Below, piece by piece: positions 8,043-18,529 of a DNA stretch of 64,000 bases. Within the stretch, counting starts at the first letter, position 1; every line of letters begins with the position of its first letter. Below the pieces are notes generated by a model. The model was not told the origin of the DNA and did no database searches. It was given only the letters and a program-made list of their open reading frames with translations. This DNA comes from an uncultured bacterium (lineage in GTDB: Bacteria; Krumholzibacteriota; Krumholzibacteriia; JACNKJ01): NCBI GenBank assembly GCA_963695095.1, contig CAVOFT010000001.1:224001-288000 (forward strand), given 5' to 3'. A program made the translations under genes and the position numbers.

Positions 8043-9560
8043 TCAGGGCAGCTGCAGCTCGCAGACGCGGCGCAGGTGGTGGCCGGTCACGGCCAGCGTG
8101 ATGGCGAGCGGCAGCTTGCGCACGTCGTGGCAGGCGGTCCAGCCCAGCAGGCGCCAGTACTCCTTGCGCTCACGGCCGACGATGCCCAGGCGCAGCACCG
8201 AGCGCAGAAAGGCGCCCAGGTCCGCCCAGACCAGGCGCCGCCGGCGCTGGCTCGTGCGGTGCTCGCGCAGCAGCGTGCGGATGCGGGCGTAGTAGGGCCG
8301 CGGCGCGTAGATGCCCCTCAGGATCGAGCGGTAACCCTCTTGCAGGAGTTGCGCGTTCATGCGCGGCACGATGTTGGTGGAGCCGTCCGCGTTGTCTCCG
8401 GTCATGGAGCCGGTGAGGCGGCCTTCACTCTGCATGCGCGCGTAAAGGCGCGTGCCGGCCGGCGCTTGCAGCAGGCCCACCATGGCGGTGACGATGCCGC
8501 TCTTCTGGATGAAGTCGATCTGGCGCTGGAAGACGCTGGGCGGGTCGCTGTCGAAGCCGACGATGAAGCCGCCCTGCACTTCCAGGCCCGCGCGCTGGAT
8601 GCGCTGCACGCTGGCCACCAGGTCGCGGCCCATGTTCTGGCGCTTGCTGCACTCGTTCAGGCTGCTCTCCTCGGGCGTCTCGATGCCGATGAAGACGCGC
8701 TCGAAGCCGGCGGCGGCCATGGCAGAGAGCAGCGCGGGGTCGTCGGCCAGGTTGATGGACACCTGCGTGTTGAAGCGCAGGCGTGGCCTGCCGCGCCGCC
8801 AGGCGCTGAGCGCCGGCAGCAGGTCGTGCTTGAGGGCGTGCTTGTTGCCGATCAGGTTGTCGTCGGCAAAGAAGATGTCATTGCGCCAGCCGCGGGCGTA
8901 GAGGCCATCCAGCTCGGTGAGGATCTGCGCGCTGGTCTTCAGGCGCATGCGGTGGCCGAAGAGCGCGGTCACGTTGCAGAAGTCGCAGTCGAAGGGGCAG
9001 CCGCGGCTGTACTGGATGCTCATCGTAGCGTAGCGCTTCAGGTTGAGCAGGTCCCAGCGCGGGGTGGGCGAACCGGCGAGGTCGGCGCGCTCGGGCGAAG
9101 CGGTGACGCGCGGCGCCTCGCCAGCGGCGAGCGCGGCCAGGAAGGGCGGCAGCGTGACTTCGGCTTCGCCGAGCACGAGGTGGTCCACCTGCGGGAAACG
9201 CTCGGGCTCGTTGGTGAAGAGCGGTCCGCCGGCCACCACGGGCAGGCGCCAGGCCTGGCAGCGGTCGATCACTTGCACGGCGGAGCCGGACTGCACGCTC
9301 ATGGCGCTGACGAGGGCGATGTCCGCCCAGGCGAGGTCGGCGTCCGTGAGGCGGGTCACGTTCATGTCCACGAGGCGCAGCTGCCAGTCAGGCGGCAGCA
9401 GGGCCGCCACGGTGAGCAGGCCCAGCGGCGGGGAGCTGGCGCGCTTGCGCACGATCTTGAGCGCGTGGCCGAAGCTCCAGAAGGTCTCGGGGAACTCGGG
9501 ATAGATGAGCAGGGCCCGGCGGCCCGTGCCGCCTCCTGAGGAGAGGCCAGGAATGAGCAT
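8043..9560 (-). CDS. B12-binding radical SAM protein (DUF4070 C-terminus)
   Basis: LIYPEFPETFWSF, PPLGLLTVAA, RGCPFDCDFC (CxxxCxxC), GFIVGFD. Confidence 0.92.
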   Translation of the reverse strand: MLIPGLSSGGGTGRRALLIYPEFPETFWSFGHALKIVRKRASSPPLGLLTVAALLPPDWQLRLVDMNVTRLTDADLAWADIALVSAMSVQSGSAVQVIDRCQAWRLPVVAGGPLFTNEPERFPQVDHLVLGEAEVTLPPFLAALAAGEAPRVTASPERADLAGSPTPRWDLLNLKRYATMSIQYSRGCPFDCDFCNVTALFGHRMRLKTSAQILTELDGLYARGWRNDIFFADDNLIGNKHALKHDLLPALSAWRRGRPRLRFNTQVSINLADDPALLSAMAAAGFERVFIGIETPEESSLNECSKRQNMGRDLVASVQRIQRAGLEVQGGFIVGFDSDPPSVFQRQIDFIQKSGIVTAMVGLLQAPAGTRLYARMQSEGRLTGSMTGDNADGSTNIVPRMNAQLLQEGYRSILRGIYAPRPYYARIRTLLREHRTSQRRRRLVWADLGAFLRSVLRLGIVGRERKEYWRLLGWTACHDVRKLPLAITLAVTGHHLRRVCELQLP

Positions 9561-9769
9561 CGCGATCGCTTTCGCCGTGCGGCGCGTCCGCACGGGCCGC
9601 TCACTATTATGGAGGCGGCGATTCGCTAGCGGATCGGGCGCTGAGCGCGAACTGCGTCGCGAAGGAGCGCGGGCCGGCTATCCGGCGACAACCGAGTCAC
9701 GGGTTTCCGCCTCGGAGAATCGATCCTCGGAGATATCGGACTTGGGCGTAGTATAGCCACAATCCCTCA

Positions 9770-9809
9770 ATTGTACACGTGTACAATCCGGCTCTTTGCC
9801 ACGTGGCAA
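9770..9809. repeat. Two adjacent perfect palindromes, ATTGTACACGTGTACAAT and TTGCCACGTGGCAA
   Basis: Read directly at 9770-9787 and 9796-9809; both have a CACGTG core. Confidence 0.8.
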
Positions 9810-9811
9810 CG

Positions 9812-10309
9812 CTAGTGCTCGCTATCCTCTTCAAGGTCAGTGGGTTGAGGCGCCGCCGGCTGCGCGTAGGCCGAGGCCGCGCCGTGCTCGTAGACCAGCG
9901 CGCCGCCCAGCTTGCCCGTCCAGGTGACCTGGGCGGCCATGAGCAGGGCGGCCGTGAGGAAGGCCCAGCGGCCGGCCGCGCCCAGGCGGCCCTTGAGGAA
10001 GCCCGCGGCAGCCAGGGCGAGGCCCACCCAGGCGAGGATCATGAAGCCCTCGGCCCGCTCTTCGTGGTCGTGGATGAGGTTGCGGGCGACGAACTTCTCC
10101 ACCCGATCCTCGGTGGCCCCGCCGCTGCGCACGGCGACGATGCCCGCCACGAGGGTGAAGACCATGAGCGCCGCCACCGGCCACCAGGCGGCGCGGGCCG
10201 CCCTGGCGCGGGCGCCCCAGAGCAGGGCGACCAGGGCCGCCAAGGGCAGCAGGTAGGCGAAGGCGATGGGGAAGTGGACGACGGCGGGGTGGAGCGGGTC
10301 GGGTAGCAT
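9812..10309 (-). CDS. DUF2231-type membrane protein
   Basis: LHPAVVHFPIA, HEERA, GKLGGALVYEHG; RBS aaggagg. Confidence 0.85.
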   Translation of the reverse strand: MLPDPLHPAVVHFPIAFAYLLPLAALVALLWGARARAARAAWWPVAALMVFTLVAGIVAVRSGGATEDRVEKFVARNLIHDHEERAEGFMILAWVGLALAAAGFLKGRLGAAGRWAFLTAALLMAAQVTWTGKLGGALVYEHGAASAYAQPAAPQPTDLEEDSEH

Positions 10310-10570
10310 AGGGCCTCCTTCTAGTCTGGCAAGAGCATGCCACATAGCGGCTGAAAGGGCGACAGGACATGCTGCATGCAGCGCTGCAAGTGACAACGCC
10401 GTTTCCAGGCTACCGGCGCAGGTGGCAACGCCATTGTCGCCTATCGCTTCAGGATGTACACGTGCAGTAGTAACTCATTGCCATTAAATAAGTAACAATG
10501 ATTGCGCACCCTGTCTGCTTGGCACGGCACCTGAGCCCTTCGGAGATACCCCAAATCCAAGGAGGCACGG

Positions 10571-10918
10571 ATGCGCCCGAAGCGATTCCAGCGAGATATG
10601 GGCCATGCACTCTTGCTGATGCTCTTGGCAGCCCCTCTAGCCGGTACAAGCCCAGCTCTTGCCGCCGGCTCTGACCTTCCTTCAGGCGACGATTACGATG
10701 ACGGAGCAAACATCTGCATGCTGGGACGATTGGCTACTCCGCATCGCAGCACAGGCGAAGGCGCGCCGGAAGGGGCGGTCCGTCGCCGCCATGGCGACGA
10801 CGATGACGATGGAGTAAATCTGACTTCACTGCGACTGTATCTCACCCCGCCGCTCTTGATCCCGATGGCGACCCGGCCCGCCATGTCTTCGATTTGTGCG
10901 CGCTGGCAAATCCATTAG
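10571..10918 (+). CDS. Small secreted protein/peptide precursor with two GDDxDDG motifs
   Basis: RBS aaggagg; signal peptide ending ALA; GDDYDDGAN and GDDDDDGVN. Confidence 0.6.
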   Translation: MRPKRFQRDMGHALLLMLLAAPLAGTSPALAAGSDLPSGDDYDDGANICMLGRLATPHRSTGEGAPEGAVRRRHGDDDDDGVNLTSLRLYLTPPLLIPMATRPAMSSICARWQIH

Positions 10919-10980
10919 GCGCCGCCGTCCCAGGGGCGACGCCCACACTGCAGCTTCCGCGCTGGCTCAGGCGCTCCACT

Positions 10981-11010
10981 CCCTGGCCGCCCCTTTTGGG
11001 GCGGCCAGGG
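10981..11010 (+). terminator. Perfect GC-rich hairpin after the first peptide gene
   Basis: ccctggccgcccc-tttt-ggggcggccaggg (13-bp stem). Confidence 0.55.
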
Positions 11011-11031
11011 GCGCGAGGCCCCACTTCTCAA

Positions 11032-11060
11032 TTGACCATCCCCAGCGTCTCGGCTAAACT
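11032..11060 (+). promoter_or_regulatory. Putative sigma70 promoter
   Basis: TTGACC-N17-TAAACT, about 195 nt upstream of the second peptide gene. Confidence 0.5.
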
Positions 11061-11255
11061 TCCTTACGCGTTTCAGGATCAGGGACTAGGGGTCAGGATT
11101 CCCAGCGACTTCCCCGCCCTCCCCATGGCCACATCACTTTGTGGCGCACCCGTTGCTGGATCCTGCCGGCATACTCCACCGGTACCCCATCCCCATAACT
11201 GGTCCCCGCCGCTACCAGGGGATCAGGCTTGGCGTAAACGCTAAGGAGCTTCTTC

Positions 11256-11504
11256 ATGGTTAGGCGAAGGCGCACCAAGCTCTGGCCGCTATTCCTGGCG
11301 CTTCTTCTCATCTCCCTTTGGAGCACGCCACTCTTCGCCCGCGAGCCCCAATCAGGACCCGGAGGGCTACAATCTGCGAGAAGCATCGAAGCTGATGGTG
11401 ACGATGATGACCAAGGGAGGCACAGTCGTCTGCGTAACCACATCTGGTTCTTGCAACGAGCTACTGCAGGACACTTCGCTGGGTCGGTAGGACTCGAGCC
11501 GTGA
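11256..11504 (+). CDS. Small secreted peptide precursor with GDDDDQG motif
   Basis: RBS taaggag; classic signal peptide MVRRRRTKLWPLFLALLLISLWSTPLFA; acidic motif shared with 10571..10918. Confidence 0.65.
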   Translation: MVRRRRTKLWPLFLALLLISLWSTPLFAREPQSGPGGLQSARSIEADGDDDDQGRHSRLRNHIWFLQRATAGHFAGSVGLEP

Positions 11505-11519
11505 CAAGGAAGCGGGCCG

Positions 11520-12236
11520 ATGACTGAAGCGGAAGATGATTCGAGATTCGTCCTAGGATGGGATCATATCCCGGACGAGTTGCTTAACGATCTCCAGGCC
11601 GTTGAGTAGTCGGGTCTCTCGCCTAGCGTCGAGATGCAGCGGCCACTTCGCTTTCGCGTGGCACTTTCTGGCAAGTACGACCTGGCGCCTCACGCCGCCT
11701 TCTGGAAGGCCGAGGAACCACCACTTCGGCGACACCCAGATGGAGCTTAGCAATCTACTCCTGAGCAACCAGGGCCTATCTCGACGTTGCGGAAGGAGCC
11801 CGAGCTCGTGCAGCATGGGAGACCTTGACTCAATTGACCGCGGGGATGGGCTTGAGCCGATAGATCTGCTTCGCGGATTGGAAGCGCTGGAAGGGACGCA
11901 GCGATCCTACGGCGCGGCGAGGTGAACGCGCGGAGCAGGTCCTGATGCATGCCCGACATCTCGCCGAAAGACGTGGCGTTCCCGCGCTGCTTGGGATGGC
12001 GCATGTGCAATTGGGAATCCTTAGCAAGACCCGTGGGGACTACAGTCTATGCCGCAAGGTACTTTGAAATGGCGCTTCAGGATGCAATTCCGAGAGTCGT
12101 CATAGCCGGAGCGATCTGTGAGTTCGCGCACCGAGCAACCCGATGATTCGCTGGAGGAAGCACGGCCAGCTTCACGATCGGCGGCGTCCATGGCTGGAGA
12201 TCGTTCGCAAGCCGTCACCAATGCGGTAGGCACCAT
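11520..12236 (+). pseudogene. Frameshifted/degraded N-terminal TPR part of the sigma54 activator
   Basis: ATG 11520 with upstream aagga; TPR-like fragments in shifting frames (AEQVLMHARHLAERRG..LGMAHVQLGILSKTRGDY; AARYFEMALQ; LEEAR) lead into the 12237 ORF. Confidence 0.5.
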
Positions 12237-13903
<1,667 letters not shown>

Positions 13904-13907
<4 letters not shown>

Positions 13908-14197
13908 GCTCCTCGATAGTGCCGACCGCGCCTGCCGGGCGTGCCCTCCTGAGCCATGGCTGGTCCCGCCTCGCGCTCCCGCGTACGGCGCCGCCTGTTC
14001 GCAAGGACGAACACGGCGAGACCGACGAGCACGGAGCCGGCCATCACGGGCTTGCTGGACGGCATGACCATGCTCATCGCAACGGGCAGCAAGATCAGCC
14101 CCAGCCCCAGGGCCTCGGCATCAGTTCCGCCGATCAGCCGCTTCGCCAGCCACGCCAGACCCCAGGCAATCGACAGTGCAAGGATCGCTTGCCACAT
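13904..14197 (-). CDS. Small membrane protein (about 3 TM)
   Basis: RBS ggagg before MWQAILALSIAW; three hydrophobic segments, then an Arg-rich tail. Confidence 0.55.
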
Positions 14198-14363
14198 GAG
14201 TACCTCCGCCCAACGAGTGATCGCTTGCCGTTGCGAAGCCCACGGCAGCAGAGCATAGGCCCCATCCAGCATAGGCTGCAAGCTCCACTGCCGGCACTCG
14301 AGCGCTTGCAAGAGCCGCGCGCTTTCTCGGACAATCGCCACACCCCCAGCCAGGAGGACCGTC

Positions 14364-14918
14364 ATGCGCGCCATCCGCCTCGCCGCCCTCGCCTGCCTGC
14401 TCTTCGCCCTTGGCCTCGCCGCCACGCTCGCCCAGGCGCAGCCGCCGGCGGAGCCCTACCTCGACGAACACCTCGCCCCCTTCAAGCCCTTCCTCGGCAA
14501 GACCTTCCGCGGCGAGCTGAGTGACTCCACGCCCGAGCAGCCCATGGTCGACGTCAGCCGATGGGAGCGCGCACTCGCCGGCAAGGCCGTGCGCAACCTG
14601 CACTCGGTGAACGACGGCGCCTACTGCGGCGAGTCCATCGTGTTCTGGGACGCCGCGGCGGCCAGCCTGGTCTACTACTACTTCACCTCGGGCGGCTTCT
14701 ACACGCAGGGCACCATGAAGGTGGAGGGCGGCAAGTACATCGCCCACGAGAAGGTCACGGGCAACACGGACGGCATCACCGAGGTGCGCTCCACGGGCGA
14801 GCTGCTCGCCGACGGCACGCTCAAGGCGAGTGCCGAGTACCTCAAGAACGGCGAGTGGGTGCCGGGCCACGGGGCCGTCTACCGCGAGGCGCCCGATGCC
14901 AAGGTGATCGGCCCCTAG
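14364..14918 (+). CDS. Secreted hypothetical protein (beta-barrel-like)
   Basis: RBS aggagg, signal peptide, strong GC3 codon bias. Confidence 0.8.
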   Translation: MRAIRLAALACLLFALGLAATLAQAQPPAEPYLDEHLAPFKPFLGKTFRGELSDSTPEQPMVDVSRWERALAGKAVRNLHSVNDGAYCGESIVFWDAAAASLVYYYFTSGGFYTQGTMKVEGGKYIAHEKVTGNTDGITEVRSTGELLADGTLKASAEYLKNGEWVPGHGAVYREAPDAKVIGP

Positions 14919-14920
14919 CC

Positions 14921-15019
14921 ATGGCCCAGCTCCTCCTCGTGCACTGGCATCCCGCCGAAGCCGCCGAGCGCGCCGATAGGCCGGACCCTCGAGAGGCCGC
15001 ACTGGCGAAAGCAGGCTAG
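14921..15019 (+). pseudogene. Possible truncated gene remnant (MAQLLLVHWHPAEAAERA...)
   Basis: ATG 2 nt after the previous stop; host-like codons for about 18 aa, then the sequence loses coding character. Confidence 0.35.
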
Positions 15020-15185
15020 GCCCGATTGCCCGCTGCGCGCCCAGGGCGCTCGCCCCAAGACCCTGGCCGCCCCCCGGCAGGCCCCGACTGCCTGGATTTC
15101 AGCCTCCTGTTACGGGAATGTTAGGAGGGGCTTGCAAGGGCGGCCCAAGTTCGCTAGGGTGCCGGGTTCCGTAAGGAGATGACAG

Positions 15186-15575
15186 ATGCCGGGAAGTATA
15201 AGTAATAAAGTGAATTACGAGTTTCACCCGGACGGCTACATCATCTGCACGCCTCAGCCCGGCGTCGAGATCGAGCTGGAGGACGCCGTCCAGCTCTTCG
15301 AGGCTGCCCGGACGCGCTACGGCAAGCCCTTCGGCCTCCTCTTCAACCGGATCCACGAAGCCTCCATCTCCTTTTCCGTCTACGAGTACATCGAGTCCGC
15401 CGCGGATATCGTTGCCATGGCCGTGGTGCTCTACGACCGGGGGAGCTTCCCCGCCGCCCGGATGGAGGCGCGCTACTTCCGCGGGACCCCCTATGCCAGC
15501 TTCTTCGATCTCGACACCGCCCAGGTCTGGATCTGCGAACAGCTGGGGGACCGCGCCAAGCCGACGGACGCTTGA
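15186..15575 (+). CDS. Hypothetical protein (STAS/SEC14-like small alpha/beta domain)
   Basis: RBS aaggag; GVEIELEDA...FFDLDTAQVWI pattern. Confidence 0.7.
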   Translation: MPGSISNKVNYEFHPDGYIICTPQPGVEIELEDAVQLFEAARTRYGKPFGLLFNRIHEASISFSVYEYIESAADIVAMAVVLYDRGSFPAARMEARYFRGTPYASFFDLDTAQVWICEQLGDRAKPTDA

Positions 15576-15622
15576 CGCCCCGTCGCCCTTGACCCGCGTG
15601 GCTGCATCCCTACACTGCCCAC

Positions 15623-16270
15623 ATGCGCATCGTTTCCCTCAACGTCGGCCGTCCGCAGGCGAAGCCCTGGAAGGGCAAGCTCGTCGAGACGGGCATCTTC
15701 AAGCAGCCGGTGACGGGGCGCGTCGCCCTGCGCGGCAACCAGCTCGCCGGCGACGGCCAGGGCGACCCCCGCGTGCACGGCGGCGAGTTCAAGGCCGTCT
15801 ACGCCTACCCCACGGAGCACTACCCCTTCTGGCGCGCCGAGCTGGCGGTGGCCGAGCTGCCCTGGGGCGCCTTCGGCGAGAACCTGAGCACCGAGGGTCT
15901 CCTCGAGAGCGAAGCCGTGATCGGCGATGTCTACCGCATCGGCAGCGCCCGGCTGCGGATCACGCAGCCGCGCTTCCCCTGCAGCCGTCTCGCCCTGCGC
16001 CATCAGCGCGAGGACATGGTGGAGCGCTTCCTGCACAGCCTGCGCAGCGGCATCTACTTCGCGGTGGAGGAGGAAGGCGAGCTCGCCGCCGGCGATGAGA
16101 TCCAGCTCGAGCGCCGCGGCGGCTCGGGCATCACCGTGCACGAGGTGGCCGGCCTCGTGGCCGGACCCCGTGATCCCGAGCTGCTGCGCCGCGCGGCGGC
16201 CCTGGCCGAGCTCGCGCCCAGGCTGCGCGAGCAGCTCGCCGGCTACCTGGACGAGTCCAGGAACCCCTGA
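15623..16270 (+). CDS. MOSC domain protein (YiiM-like)
   Basis: TGIFKQPV, GDGQGD.RVHGG..KAVYAY, FGENL, TQPRFPC. Confidence 0.92.
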   Translation: MRIVSLNVGRPQAKPWKGKLVETGIFKQPVTGRVALRGNQLAGDGQGDPRVHGGEFKAVYAYPTEHYPFWRAELAVAELPWGAFGENLSTEGLLESEAVIGDVYRIGSARLRITQPRFPCSRLALRHQREDMVERFLHSLRSGIYFAVEEEGELAAGDEIQLERRGGSGITVHEVAGLVAGPRDPELLRRAAALAELAPRLREQLAGYLDESRNP

Positions 16271-16816
16271 CGCGCGAGCGTCGCCAGGAGCTCGGCGCTG
16301 ATCGCTTCGTTATCATCCTTCGTGTACTTGAGCCGCGTGTAGACCTGGGCCAGGTTTGCCACGCCCGAGCTCTCCATGCGCGCGGCGAGTTCCGGATAGC
16401 TCATGTAGCGCTTCCAGCCCTCGGTCTCCCGCTCGCGGTAGACGGCGCGGATGCCGGCGTCGTCGGGATCCGCGTAGCGCTCCTCGTGCACGATGCCGCC
16501 GATCGGCAGCCGCGCCCGCGGCTGCGGGTCCTCGTCCGGCCAGCCGAGCACCAGAGCGTGGTGGCCGGGAAGACGCCCTCGGGCAGGCCGAAGAAGTCCA
16601 CGAGATCGGCGTGGCGCAGAGCGTCGTGCCCATGTAGCAGATGCCCAGGCCACGCGTCTCCTCGCCCGTGACAATAATGGAGTAGGTCTGCATGTTGCCG
16701 CTGCTCGAGGCCCGCGTGGCGGCGTGGAGGATCTCGGCGAGCAGCTCGGGCGCCACGGCGTCCGGCCGGTACTTGCGGATGCTGCGGTGCGCGGCGATCT
16801 GGGCGATGGTGTCCAT
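16243..16816 (-). pseudogene. NfsA-like nitroreductase with internal deletion and frameshifts
   Basis: HRSIRKY...ASSSGNMQTYSIIVT joined directly to GLGICYMGT; the remainder (LPEGVFP, LGWPDE..PRARLP) is in other frames. Confidence 0.75.
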
Positions 16817-16921
16817 GGACGGGGGGCCTCCCTTCGGCAGGCGGGGAGACTAGCGCGGCGCCGCGCCTTGGGCTAGGATTTGCGCACTGAACGCGCGACC
16901 GCGTTACCCAAGGAGGCGGAC

Positions 16922-17782
16922 ATGCGCTGGAAGGACCGTCAGGGCAGCCGGAACCTGCGCGACCTGCGCGGCGCTCGCCGACCCATGGCCATCGGCGGCG
17001 GCCTCGGCGGGCTGGGGCTCGTGATCCTGCTCGTCTACCTGCTCATGGGCGGCGACCCCACGGCCCTGCTCGATTCGCAGGGACAGGGCGCGGGCGTGGC
17101 CCCGGGCATGGAACAAGGCGTCCCCGTGGACGCCTCCTCGGACGAGCTGGCGCAGTTCATCGCCGTGGTGCTGGCCGACACGGAGGCCGTCTGGGGCGAG
17201 CTGTTCACGCAGCAGGGCTGGCGCTATGAGGAGCCCCAGCTCGTGCTCTTCAGGGATCAGGTGCGCTCGGCCTGCGGCTACCAGAGCGCGGCGGTGGGAC
17301 CTTTCTACTGCCCGGGGGATCACACGGCCTACATCGACCTCGGCTTCTACGAGCTGCTGCGCGAGCGCTTCGGGGCGGCGGGCGACTTCGCCCAGGCCTA
17401 CGTGATCGCGCACGAGGTGGGCCACCACGTGCAGAACCTGATGGGCATCTCCGAGCAGTTCGATGCGGCGAGGCAGGGTGCGAGCGAGCGCGAGGCCAAC
17501 GCGCTCTCGGTGCGCATGGAGCTGCAGGCGGACTTCTTCGCCGGCGTCTGGGCGCATCACGCCGAGCGGCGCTTCAACATGCTGGAGCCGGGCGACATCG
17601 AGGAGGCCCTGAACGCCGCCAACAAGATCGGCGACGACAACATCCAGCGCCGCGCGCAGGGCCGCGTGGTGCCCGACGCCTTCACCCACGGCACGGGCGA
17701 GCAGCGCGTGCGCTGGTTCTCGCTGGGCTTCGAGACCGGCGACCTCAGCCGCGGCGACACCTTCGCCGCGCGGGACCTCTAG
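16922..17782 (+). CDS. Neutral zinc metallopeptidase (YpfJ family)
   Basis: GPFYCPGD, AYVIAHEVGHHVQ, ELQAD, FTHGT; RBS aaggagg. Confidence 0.93.
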   Translation: MRWKDRQGSRNLRDLRGARRPMAIGGGLGGLGLVILLVYLLMGGDPTALLDSQGQGAGVAPGMEQGVPVDASSDELAQFIAVVLADTEAVWGELFTQQGWRYEEPQLVLFRDQVRSACGYQSAAVGPFYCPGDHTAYIDLGFYELLRERFGAAGDFAQAYVIAHEVGHHVQNLMGISEQFDAARQGASEREANALSVRMELQADFFAGVWAHHAERRFNMLEPGDIEEALNAANKIGDDNIQRRAQGRVVPDAFTHGTGEQRVRWFSLGFETGDLSRGDTFAARDL

Positions 17783-17783
17783 C

Positions 17784-18299
17784 GTGTCCGCCGCGCCGCC
17801 GAGCATTCGCCCCGGCCGCGCGGAAGACCTGCCGGCGATCGTCGAGATCGTGAACCACTTCATTCGCGAGACGCACGTGAGCTTCGACCTCGAGCCGCAC
17901 ACGCCGGCCTCGCGCGCGGCCTGGTTCGCCGGCTTCGCCGAGCGCGGGCCGCACCGGCTGCTGGTCGCCGAGGAGGCGGGGGAAGTGCTGGGCTACGCCG
18001 CCAGCCAGCCCTTCCGCCCCAAGGCCGGCTACGCGCGTTCGGTGGAGACGAGCATCTACCTGCGCCCCGGCGCGGAAGGCCGCGGCCTGGGCCGGCAGCT
18101 CTACGGCGCGCTCTTTGCCGAGCTGGAGCGCGAGTCGCTGCATCGGGCCTATGCGGGCATCGCCCTGCCCAACCCGGCCTCGATCGCGCTGCACGCGCGC
18201 CTGGGCTTTCGCTCCGTGGGCGCGATGCGCGAGGTGGGCTTCAAGTTCGGTCGCTACTGGGACGTGGAGTTCTACGAGAAGAGCCTCACGAGCGCCTGA
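17784..18299 (+). CDS. GNAT N-acetyltransferase (phosphinothricin acetyltransferase-like)
   Basis: VETSIYL, GRGLGRQLY, NPASIALH, VGFKFGRYWDV. Confidence 0.9.
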   Translation: MSAAPPSIRPGRAEDLPAIVEIVNHFIRETHVSFDLEPHTPASRAAWFAGFAERGPHRLLVAEEAGEVLGYAASQPFRPKAGYARSVETSIYLRPGAEGRGLGRQLYGALFAELERESLHRAYAGIALPNPASIALHARLGFRSVGAMREVGFKFGRYWDVEFYEKSLTSA

Positions 18300-18313
18300 G
18301 CGCCACGGCCGCA

Positions 18314-18329
18314 GTTGCCACGTGGCAAC
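18314..18329. repeat. Perfect palindrome GTTGCCACGTGGCAAC
   Basis: Second intergenic copy of TTGCCACGTGGCAA. Confidence 0.8.
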
Positions 18330-18529
18330 AGGGGGGAGCCCCGCGCTGCCCCTTGCTTCATCGTTGGGGTGTCCGCCTCGCGACGTCCCGCCGCCCGTGT
18401 ACCGGCGGCACGAGCGCGCCGCCGGCTGTACTTTCCTTGGCATTCTTGACATACTTCGGCGTACCAGCGCTCCACGCGCGCGCACTCGCCCGCGCCCACC
18501 CCCGACGAGGACCGCGTCAACCGATGGGA

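Noticed and set aside
10327..10342. TGGCATGCTCTTGC as a sigma54 promoter for the DUF2231 gene
   Set aside because: GG-to-GC spacing is 9, not the required 10; it may simply be a TGGCA-N6-TGCCA inverted repeat
8043..11504. Radical SAM enzyme as maturase for the small peptides
   Set aside because: DUF4070-type B12 radical SAM proteins are widespread stand-alone genes; this one is divergent, separated by another gene and shows no RRE/SPASM features, and the peptides have Sec signals
12144..12146. In-frame TGA upstream of the activator as possible selenocysteine/readthrough
   Set aside because: The flanking in-frame sequence is not convincingly protein-like and TPR fragments switch frames; frameshifts explain it better
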